Below, piece by piece: positions 25,396-36,166 of a stretch of 63,834 nucleotides of DNA. Within the stretch, counting starts at the first letter, position 1; each line of letters begins with the position of its first letter. Origin of the DNA: Ionaspis alba (taxonomy: Eukaryota); the NCBI GenBank assembly GCA_964255285.1, contig CAXUUL010000020.1, positions 1 to 63,834 on the forward strand. Reading direction: 5' to 3'. The notes under the pieces are model-generated. The model saw nothing but the letters and a program-made list of their open reading frames with translations. It did no database searches and had not been told where the DNA came from. The position numbers and the translations under genes were made by a program.

Positions 25396-27249
25396 ATTGA
25401 AAAACAAATTTCTCATAGATATTGAACACAGGAAGGGTCTCTGGAATATTAGACAAATATGCACACAAACGAGATCACCCTATTCATCTAAGAAGAACAG
25501 GACACCTTAGGGAGATTTAAGACCAACACTGCAGTGCTTCTTTGAGGGACTTCTGGATCCATAGGAGAGTCGAAAACAGGGAATTTGTCGTTAAAGTGAC
25601 AGGTAAGAGATGACGCAATCTTGGTATGTCAGCTGGTATATACGGTTCGCAATACCAAAAAATAAACCCGAACAGATATGACGGTCGCGGTAGCATTCGT
25701 CAGCGATATGCTCAGCGAGTAAAGTAGGGCTGGCTGGCATGATAACGCGATAGCGAATACAAAATCCAATAAGAGTATTGAGAGCAGCGCGAGAGCAAAG
25801 AAATGGTTAGGCTGNNNNNNNNNNNNNNNNNNNNNNNNNNNNNNNNNNNNNNNNNNNNNNNNNNNNNNNNNNNNNNNNNNNNNNNNNNNNNNNNNNNNNN
25901 NNNNNNNNNNNNNNCAAACTATCCGGAAATGTCGACACGGCTGGCACGAAAGTATGAAATCGACTTCTTGCGCAAGATCTCGGACTTCAGATTGATCGAT
26001 TGGGCGTAGGTAGTTGCGGTGATTGTGGGGACTAGAAGACGCCACAGAGGGGGAGTTTAGGATGGTGGCAGGAGGATGTTCCTCGCATGGGAAAGGAGGC
26101 ACTTCCGACTGGCCGGGCTGTCCTCCTGATCTCGATCCGAATGTCGACTTCCTAGGATCCAGCGGGATAGAAATTGCACATCAATAATTGTTTATCGTTC
26201 TTGTACTTCGCGGTATCTGAACATCAACTTCTTTTGAGGACGACGGTGAAAAACAAATTTGAAACGCTGAAACTCGATTCGGATTGTCTTAGGCAAGAAT
26301 GCCGGGCGACTCGATCAACACCAGGGCCTCGCAATAATGCTGATCAGGTCGAGGCCTGGACCAGCTTGCCCATGCACGTCAACCGAGGGATTTAGCCAAA
26401 AGGGATGGTGGTCGAGGACGATCGTCCACAAGTGTGGGCCATTTCAGCATGCAAAACTCGGGGATGTGGCCGGTGCTTCTCGCCAGGATCAAGCTTGACA
26501 ACCGTATAATCAGGTACGAGGTACATGGCGAGTATGTAATTCTTGGACTGATAGAGATACGAAACTCTCCATAGCCTCCATTTCCAAGCAAAAGCTGGAG
26601 CAATGCATGGTATATGAGAAGACATGTTGGCATAGCTCGGTTTGTATATTTAGAAGAGCTGGCCCCTAGCGAATGATCAGCCCGTCTCGCCTGCCATCCC
26701 CCTCCCTGATCACCGTCCGGATTTAGGTAGTTCCTGGGGGCTGGCGGGCGAGCGACTCGTGCCATCTTCACTAATAATTATTTGTTGCACATGACTTTCC
26801 CCACCAACGCCCCGGTCAAGGTATCTGCGCACCTTTCCATTAATCCCTCCCTTTCCCTGACTACCACAGAATTAATTATTTTCTCTTTTGCTTCCTCATT
26901 ACTACATTGTCATCTTCGTCCTTTCGTGGAGTATTCCCGCGTCTACTTGCTTCAGCGGTCTTCTCGGACCTGTTTCAGACTGCTGCGCCTCACCGTCCTG
27001 CTGCTTGCCAGCTGCATACTTCCGACCGAGCTTCGTCAAGCAACGGCATAGTTTTCGAGGTCTCCCTTTCTGAGTGATTTGAGGCATTCTGTCCTCAACC
27101 GCTTGCTTCTACTTGCCATTAGAATCGCGGATCATCTTTGGGCCAGCGACATTACTTCCAACGTTTTTTTCCGTGTCAGCCTCGTGCCGCCGGCTCTCTG
27201 AATCTCGGCTTATCAGAGCCGCCCGATCAGAGAGCCGCAATCCTTCTCT

Positions 27250-28830
27250 ATGGCGTCCTTCAAGGTACTCGAGTTTGAGAGGCTGAGCTTATCACGTTGG
27301 CTGATCCTGTTGTCCTCTAGGAATCCCAAGCCACACGGCCGTTGAGCCAGCATCGACCTTCAATGACCGCAACTCCATCTCTAAATGTCCCAAACCGCCA
27401 TTCGACCTCGAGAAACCATGCTCACTCTGTCTCGCTGGGTACTTTCAATCCTAATCACCGCGTCACGAGAAGGAAAAGCATGACCTCCAATGCCAACAGC
27501 ATGGCGGCTGTGGCTGCAGCGGTACAGGGCATTGACGAAGCAGCCTTAGAAGCTTTGGTAGCCTCCGACAAGCGTCTTCCGACAGCCAAAAACAGTAGTG
27601 GCTCCAAAGCAGAAGAAGTTGGGATGCGAGGAAGACCTGTAACGGCAAACCCTGGTTCAGCCACAAGTTACAGGAATACCATTGGCAGTATCGTTTTCGA
27701 TAGCCAAAACATGGACGGAGGGAGTGCTGTTGTTGATGGCCCTATATTGGCCGAGTCGAACGAAAATATCTCGAAGGCCCGGGCACGCCGAGCAAGCGAA
27801 GGACAATTTCTTACAAAAACGGAGGGCAAGCGAGCCAGCGGTGAATTGAGGTGTGAGAAATGCGGGAAAGGGTACAAGCACAGCAGCTGCTTGACAAAGC
27901 ACCTGTTAGTCTTCCTCAACTCCATATTCCCGGATATCTTCTCCATCCTGGTATTCCACCGCTGGCTGTTTTCTTTACTTGACATGCACTGCCCTTTTTT
28001 TTGCTTCACCTTCAATGACTATGGCTCCACCGAGAATGTACTGATTAATACCTAGCTGGGAGCATACTCCGGAGTGGTCCTATACTTCGAAACTCCTCAT
28101 CTCCAAGCACCAACAAGTTCAGCTTCTTGAAGCTGCATCGGTGCTTGTCACCATGAATAAAGATGCGCCAATATCACCATCTCAATCGCAATTCGTCGAC
28201 AGCGATAGATCGTCTGCATCCCCAGCAGCTTCCGGATCTTCTGAGCTTCAGGACGACGATTCGAGCTCTGCTGAAACTACCCCACCTCCTATAAGTGACC
28301 GAACAACATCCTCGGCGGACAAAAGGTACAGCAACGGCTCGTTGTTCAGTAGATCTTATCAGTCTGCACCTTCTGCCTCTATTGCGGCCAGCAGCGTTCC
28401 AACTACGGCTTCGTACGGAAGTTTCCACTACACGAACTACCAGCGACGTCCGTCAATATCCGGTACCGAGTCCAACGGTGTCAACGGTTTCGAGGACGAA
28501 GCTGATCTAGCTGCGGCGGTCGAGCTATGCCATTTTGGCACTCCGAGAACTGTTCCCGTTCAAATGGATGACATTCCACCCGTGCCACCCCTTCCCGCAC
28601 GTTATGCGTCTCACAACGCAAACCGTTCGATAGGTGGGAACGGCTTTCCGGCATATAACCAGGATCTTGGCATTCCACCACCATTGACGCACCGTCTCTC
28701 CGATGAGCGGGACATCAAGATGCACGAAAGCCAAAGCGAGTCCAGAAACAATGCAGACGAGGAAGACTACTATGACCAGCGTCGTAGCGTCGAAGACGAC
28801 GACGGTGTCTTTGGCAGAATGGAAGAATAG
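27250..28830 (+). CDS. C2H2 zinc-finger protein (putative transcription factor)
   Basis: Exon 1 MASFK (27250-27264); RVTRRKS and RRASEG; finger LRCEKCGKGYKHSSCLTKHL|WEHTPEW split by intron ~27905-28055; SKHQQVQLLEAASVLV; C-terminal DDGVFGRMEE. Confidence 0.88.
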
Positions 28831-29359
28831 GCATGTCATCTCCACCGCATCCACGACGACAATCTAGGTTTACTGAGCACGATGTACAACGATTTACCTT
28901 CCGGACGGAAAAAAGTCCTTTATAAGCAACACCAACAATTTTTTCACTTATGTCATGCCATGTAGGTTCTTTATTTTGTTGATGCAGGAAAGGTGCATTC
29001 TGTCTCCGCAGGAGATCTCTATCACCGAAGAGTGGGACAGTAGCCATACTACGGCTTCCGATGCCCACGAGGTTAAAGTGGAGATCTCACTCGAGCGTCG
29101 AGCGGGCACCTACACTCATTGGAAAGGTTCTATTTATGCACATGATTTACGGGAACGCGCATGCTGTGTTTTGGCGCGTGCTTGTCTGGGAAAGTAGGCA
29201 TCATGGACATGTTTGAATGAGAATTAAAATGTATAAAGTCGCTGCACTTCAATGTGATCTGTACAATGAAACCCTTTCAAGACAATGCATGCCCCAAGAA
29301 AAGCTATGGAGCAGCCCCTGCCAAGACTCTCAAAGGGTATCCATCCATCTGCACAATAC

Positions 29360-31638
29360 CTACCTCCTCCCCTCTTCGACCCAACCCCTAATTCGCTCCC
29401 CGACATGCCCTACCAATGCCTCATAGTGCGGCCTCCCCGTAACAAACAACCCACAATGCGCCCCCACCTCATCCACCCCTTCCATAAACACCCTTTCCCA
29501 ACACGGGTCCCGCTCACCCTTATCATTCTTCGGCGGCAACATACAAAACTTGCGATCCTTCTTCGGCTTCCCCTCTCTCCTTTCCTCTCGCTCCCCCTCG
29601 ACAAGCAGCCTCCTCTCGCTCCCCGCATTGCCAGCCCTCTCACCAGCCATCGGCCTTCCCCTCGCCTCATCGCCTCCCACCTTCTGCTCGGCCATAGCAT
29701 CCTTCCTCTCCTTCTTCAGCCTCACGCGCTCACCCTGCTTGACTTCCTTCTCTCGGGCCAGGCGAGCATTTTTCTCCCGCTTCTCGAGCAGCTTCTGCCG
29801 ATCGCGGAGAGCCTTCTCTCGGTCGTGGACGGCGCGCTCGTAAGCTTTTTGCGCGCGGGCGTGAGCTTTGGAGGCGAGTTTGAGGGTGTCCTTGTCCGGG
29901 TAGGGGGAGGGATCGAAGGCTGGTGGTGTGGTTGGGATGGGAGGGAGTGGTGGGAGAGAGGAGGTCTGAGAGGCTGGAGGCGGAGGAGTAGTCCTAGGGG
30001 TTGTCGGTTTTGGGGAGGGGGAGCGTTCGGAAGGGAAATTAGTGGAAGAGGTGGTGCACGGGGTTGCGGGTGTTTGAGAAGAGGATAGGCTTGGGCGTTC
30101 TGTGTGAGTGGTGTTTGTACGCGTGGTTTCCGTGTCGGAAAGAGGGTCAGGTTCCATGTGAGACATTTCTTGGCTGCTTTCGGATGACTTGGCCCAGGCG
30201 TCAGCGGATGATTCGGTCTCTTCGAGAGGATCGTGCTCGGAGACGTTGCCCTGTGGGTCTTCGATTGAGATGCGTGGGCTGACAGAGGATGAGCGGATAC
30301 TGCTGGGAGCGGAGAGCTTGCCGCCTTCCGCTCCTTGCTCTACTGTAGGAGCTGCGAGGTTGGTTGAAGCGATACTGGCCATTTTCTGTTGGGTAGGAGG
30401 TCTCTTTGACGGGTGTATGTACCCTGTGCTGGCAGTGTAGTAATTGACGAAGCGGACTCGTCTTGGTGGGCGATGAGCGTTTGGAGGCCGTTCACCAGAC
30501 TCGTTCACGTCTTCCAAAGCTCTGATCTTACCATACCGAGCTTTCAAACCTACGTAATCTGCCATAGCGCCTCCAAATTCGAAGTGAGACGTTACGTAGG
30601 ACTTGGTGGCTTTCGTGAGCCCGTCGGAATGCTTAGTGATGAAGTGGATAGCATTGTCCCAGCCCTTCCGCATAGGGATCCGCACATCGTTCGGGAATGG
30701 TGGGTTAAAGTTTGGATCATTTACAGGTAGGGCAAGCGGTGATAAAGATTGCTGAGTCGATCCCTGCTCGCCTGTTGTCGAAGTCGACAGTCTCTGGGCA
30801 GGAAAATAGCCAGATCCGGCAGAATCCTGGCTTTCAGACGGATGCAGAACGGTGCCATCGGAAAGGGAACCGTCTGGTGTGCCGTTGCTCCTGGGCATGG
30901 GAAGTAGAGCAGTCCCATTTGGATTGTGGTTCTGTGGCCTCAGTTCGGGGGACGCTGGCTTGGGCTTGAACAGACTGCTGAGACCGCTGACAACAACACC
31001 TGGATGCATGCCGAGGAAAGGCGTATCAAAATTAATGGTCCCAAGGATATGGTGACGGAAAGTGTCATTACTTGACGGTGAATAAGGAGGTAGTAGCACG
31101 ACCTCAGCGGCAAGAATGCCACCCATACTGTGACCCAGGAGGATAACATCGGTCTCTGCCGACTCGTGGGGACAAAGCCTAGGCGGGATGTCAACAGTAG
31201 CACCGCATTTTAGGGTTAAAAAATTGTTTACCAATTGCTAAAATCATCTCGAGCATATTCGATAGCCTTTCTAGATTTATAACGTGGATATATCTTTGTG
31301 TGTACAACATGAGTTTCAGCCAGTGTAGAGGTTACCAAATTGTGTATGTGGGCTGGAAATGATTGGAACGAAGTCTCATTGCCCAAAAAGCCGTGGATAT
31401 AAATGAGTAGAAGTGTCCGTCTGCCGTCTATTCTCCCAGACGGTACCAATGATTCTGTAGACCTTTCCCTGGGATCTTGCTCAGTCCATGACTGCGTCAA
31501 AGGTTGGGAATGGTATATCCCAGGCTCATATGGTGGGGGCGCTGGAGAAGGCGGTTGGAGATGGGGACTCGTCGTTCGCGGTGGCAGCGGAGGTCTATAG
31601 GTCTGGCCTTGGAACGATTGGTCTCGCTGATAGCCCAT
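29360..31638 (-). CDS. Putative serine esterase / alpha-beta hydrolase (DUF676-like)
   Basis: LLIYIHGFLGNETSF, nucleophile GHSMGG, FDTPFLGMHPG, RFVNYYTAST and KDRKFC.LP...W.RVFM.GVDEVGAHCGLF. One intron ~31180-31232. Confidence 0.85.
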
Positions 31639-32057
31639 CGTGCAGAATTATCATCCGGCGTCATCAAAACTCAGAACAGCTGATGTTGTTAAGAACAGTT
31701 GAAGCTCGTTGATCAACTCCATTTTTACGAACGGGGGTGAATCAAGGTTGTTGTCGCGGGGCAGCGATTGCTATGAAATAATCCCTGCTGTTCTTTGGGA
31801 AAAGCCAATGGCCTATTGTATTGTCAGTGGCGTTGGTACCTTGCTGTGCAGCCTTTACTCGAGCACAACAGCACTGCCCATATTTTACGCAAGAGCGCTC
31901 GGCTGGGGTGCTGGANNNNNNNNNNNNNNNNNNNNNNNNNNNNNNNNNNNNNNNNNNNNNNNNNNNNNNNNNNNNNNNNNNNNNNNNNNNNNNNNNNNNN
32001 NNNNNNNNNNNNNNNCACACTCGACGACTACCACCTCACATTCTCTAAATCCCAACC

Positions 32058-32574
32058 ATGACATCAGATGTTTATCGCAAAGTCGGCCGTGGAGGCGCAG
32101 GGAATTTCTACAGTCGGCAAGATATTGAGACAGCTGAAAAGAGTGTTAAAGAGGTTGAATGACCTCCACTTCCCGCAGAACAGCTTGACTCATGAAAGCC
32201 CGTAGGATGTCGAGGCGCAGAACTCTACAGAACCCACAGACCACATTTCGTCCAGTCGGCCGCTTTCAGACTATGCACACTCTGGTCGTGGAGGCGCAGG
32301 AAACTGGTACTCACCCCCGGAGCTTGAGGAAGAAGGCACATTCGACTCGCCAGTCCAAACGCCGGTGAAAGATTCTGCAACTGTTGGGATGGGGTATCGA
32401 GGCCGAGGCGGGGCGGGAAACTACATTACTGGCGACGAGACCACTAGAAAGGAAGCCGAACAGAGAGCAGCGAAGGAGGCCAAAAAGAGGGAAGACGAGG
32501 TCGTGAGGGACGTGGAGATGGGTCTGAAGCCACCGGAGAAGGCTTATTTGACGGCGGAGAGGAGCGAATGGTGA
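32058..32574 (+). CDS. Small GRGGAGN-repeat protein (DUF3602 / Par32-like motifs)
   Basis: MTSDVYRKVGRGGAGNFY, HSGRGGAGNWY and YRGRGGAGNY; intron ~32153-32205; C-terminal DVEMGLKPPEKAY. Confidence 0.8.
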
Positions 32575-32726
32575 ATATTGAGGTTGAGAAGAATCGCAAG
32601 AGATACCCAGAACAGTTGATTATCAAAAGAGCATCTCATTTGCGAAATCCACTGCAAACGGTAATCCTGAACGCCTCGCTAGATAGAGCAAACCATGAAA
32701 AGATTAGAGCTCTTTCTCGACAGGCT

Positions 32727-33482
32727 TCAATCAACATCCATCTGATTTTCGATTCCACCGCCAACCAACAATCTTTGCTTGACCTTTTGTTTCGTCTTCT
32801 TCTCCTTAAGTGCTGGCACCTTGATCGTCTGCTCTTCCAGCTCTTCTTCGACCGCCATCCTCTCGCTTGCGCGCTGTCGGGGTAGGAGATGCTCGTTCTC
32901 TGCCACAAGTTTCCTGTCCGCTGCACGCTGCCTCTCTTTGTTGCCCGCCATTCTCTTCTTGTAGAAGGCTCTTTCTCTCCTCGCCCTAATCTCAGAGACA
33001 CGCTGCATCGCCTTAATGGTTGTCTCGATATGGTCGCGGTTGTATCGGATTGGGACATTACGACGGGCAGCAAAGGTGAGCGTGCTGTCCACCACCATCT
33101 CTTTCCCGGCAGACTTCCGGAAGGCTTTTGTCCATTTGAGCTGTAGCCCGAACGTCAGTACCCATGGTAGACCAGTGAGACACGATCTTGACGGACCTTC
33201 CGGGGATTTCTCTTCATTTTAAACTGCACTAGTCAGTAATAGCTTGGGCTTGGCTTGCTGTCTATACGCACATTCTTATGACATTTGCTCCTGCAAAATC
33301 TGAAGACTCGAGCATCATTACGAACGAACGTGATGCCTACAACAGTCAATTTTCACCTCATCCAAAATGTCTGCGAACGAACCTTTTGACGGGTAGCAAG
33401 GCTGCGAACAGAAGTAGCAGGTCTCGATCCTGAGCGACAGTGAGCGAAAGTCATATATACTTCAGAACATAGCGTACCTCAT
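32727..33482 (-). CDS. RLP24: Ribosome biogenesis protein Rlp24 (L24e-like)
   Basis: Five exons: [69 protein letters not shown]. Confidence 0.96.
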
Positions 33483-33700
33483 GACTGCGACGCTGATGTG
33501 GATTGCCTGTAACAGTAGTGGGACAAAGTCGTTCAATTCTGCAGAAATTCCCTATGGAGCTAGAAAAACGTGCCAAGACATAGGCGAGTGGCTGTCTAAA
33601 GTCCGGCGATAAGACTTTCAGCACATCTATTCTGAGCGTATTACCACCACCGCGTTTGTACATGCTGCACAACTTTTTGACATCTAGTTGAGATCAAGTC

Positions 33701-34142
33701 ATGGCTACAGCTTTAGCCGTCGGTGTTGGCGTGGCCGCAGCGGCATTCCTAGTGAGTCAAATCAGCCATGAATACTACCACTCTTGCTCACCAAACCAAT
33801 TAGGGTCGCGCAGGTCTAGTAGCGATGCGGAAGTACAGAGGAGGGGCTGCGGGTGCTGGTGCTCTGGGAAAAGCATTTTATAAAGGCGGGTTTGAGCCTA
33901 GGATGAACCGCAGAGAAGCGGCGTTGATATTACAGCTGAGGTGAATATGTAGCACCATATTCTGGATAGGGAGCATTCAGTGGCTGACAGTGGTTCTTTA
34001 CAGCGAGAGAACCCTGACGAAGGAGAAGATACAAAAAAACCACAGGCAGCTCATGCTGCTTAACCATCCTGATCGGGGAGGTAGTCCTTACTTGGCCACC
34101 AAAGTCAACGAGGCAAAGGAGTTCCTACAAAAGAATCCATAA
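33701..34142 (+). CDS. PAM18: Mitochondrial import motor J-protein Pam18/Tim14
   Basis: [21 protein letters not shown]...[19 protein letters not shown]...[29 protein letters not shown] (HPD motif). Three exons. Confidence 0.96.
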
Positions 34143-34364
34143 TATTGGGTCAAGTGAGCATTCTGAAGCATAGCGGTAGCGCAGAATTCATTGCATAGCG
34201 CGGCGTTTGTTAGAAAAGGGCTACATCATCTCGGTATCAACTCTTCTCTTCGTTTGAGTGAAAGTACCTCAGAATATTGCTCTATCAAGATGTCTTGAGG
34301 TTCCTGCCAGCTATTGGTATTATAGTCTATCTTAACGCTTCATGGAGAAGGCGGCCGAGTCTCT

Positions 34365-35684
34365 TCATAATCCCTCCGTCTTTGCCACCAAATCGGAAAT
34401 TATCTTTGCAAATTCCTTTCTTTCTTCCAGGGGGATCACATGACCTCGCCCCTTGAACACCACCTTTGTCAACCCAGAATCTTCACCTCCAAGTTCCTTG
34501 ACCAAGACTTCCGCATGAGGGTACGTTATCATGTTGTCGATTGTCCCGTGCATTACCAAGATCCTCTCTCTTCCAATCGCATTCCCGATCTCCTCAAGTT
34601 GCGCTGCACTTTTATAATGCCAACCTGCCGCAACGGCTTGGCACATGAAACCCTTTCTGGTAAACCCCTGTGTATCTTGTCTTTTCTTGATTTCTTGTGC
34701 CGCAAATCTGTCTCCATTAGTCGGAAAATTACCGTCAACATCGGGTTCTGCTAGCCATGAATCGCTAAATAGACGAGTCTTGACTTCAGCCAGTTGAGTG
34801 TCCAGCGCTTTCGGCAGACTGCTACGCCTTAGTGGATACTATCTTGGGGAAGACTTCACACCCTCTTACAATAAATTTATACGGTTTCTCAGATTCTCTA
34901 CGAACCCCTGGGACACGCATCAGATCGAAAGAACTCGGCCTTCATCAAGTAGCCTTACCACAGTATTGACAATCCGTGCCGCCGTGGATATCAGGGACAA
35001 TGAAGCTATTCTTTCGGGCTGAAGGTAGGCCTGCATTGCTTAGCATGAGCTGATTGTTACGAAGCTTAGTGTTGGCTTTACCATCTCTTGTGCAATCATT
35101 CCGCCCATACTTATGCCTATAATGTGAAGCTGTCTCTTGGCTTTCCACCCAAGATGATTGAGGAGATCGAACGTATCTCCAGCCATCTCGGAAGTAGAGT
35201 AACGCATAACAGGTTTCGCAGACTCGCCCATGCCCCTGTTATCGAAAATCAAACAGGAATATTTCGCAGCTTGATCATGACCGAAGTCTTTGGTCTGTCG
35301 CTGCCATGCCGTCTTGAAGGAGCCCAGACCCATGATCCACTATTGCAAGGTCAGAGCTCGATTACGTCCAAGCTACACAGAAGTGAGCAGCGGGGCGAAC
35401 TATCATCTGCATGGTTGAGCGAGGACTTAGGTCATACCACGAGGTGTATGGGCCCATGGCCATGGACTTCGTATGCAATATCAATTGGGCCCCCACGACC
35501 CCTCGCTACTTGGACTGTGCCCTTTCTCGTAGCTGGTAGGTCCCACGTCACAGTCTGAAATTCGGGATGTTTGACAATCTCTTCGGCCGTTAGAGGGACC
35601 CTAGAGATATGTCAGACAACCGCCCGCGTCCGAATCGCACATTCTAATGATCCAGGAAGAAGATCTAGAAGACCACGCATACAT
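34365..35684 (-). CDS. Alpha/beta hydrolase, 5 introns
   Basis: MVPLTAEEIVKHPEF...IAYEVHGHGPIHLV|WIMGLG...FDNRGMGES...GISMGGMIAQE...HGTIDNMI...GRGHVIP (Ser-Asp-His). Start codon is split by the first intron. Confidence 0.88.
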
Positions 35685-36166
35685 CTTGAAACTGTGGCGT
35701 TCCTTTAGGGGAGTGATCTCCAATAATAGTAATCACAGTCAAATGGAACAGGCAACGTCTTTCTGCCTATTTAGAACTTCGATTGTTGCGTTCATGCACT
35801 TTCTGGGGCAGTGCCGTAAATGCTCTATTCTCCCCAAGTAAAAAGGGTTTAGCGCTTGGCAGTGACGCGGACTATCGATGCACAAATGCTGACATATTGC
35901 TGTTGGATCCCTAAAGTAGTGATCAGGTAATTTTGAGGTTTACACTTCCTGTTCAATAGTCCTTGTCATCTACTCATCTTATCTTGGCAACCAACGTCGT
36001 GGGACAAGTTCCACGTCTACCAATACTTGTTCACCGCCGAAGTGACTCGGATAATTGTTATCAAAAGCCTGATACGACGCAGCAGCATGAGATACCCCTC
36101 GTCCATGTTCGACGATTGAATATTATCACACCGTTCCTAGGACAAGATTCCGCTTAAGCTATCGCG

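Noticed and set aside
26321..26359. 10-bp inverted repeat CCAGG(G)CCTCG/CGAGGCCTGG
   Set aside because: Short, isolated, and within chance expectation for 64 kb.
29285..30088. 267-aa plus-strand ORF, and similar antisense ORFs over RPS12, CLU1 and the metacaspase
   Set aside because: Antisense shadows of GC-rich or low-complexity coding sequence on the opposite strand.
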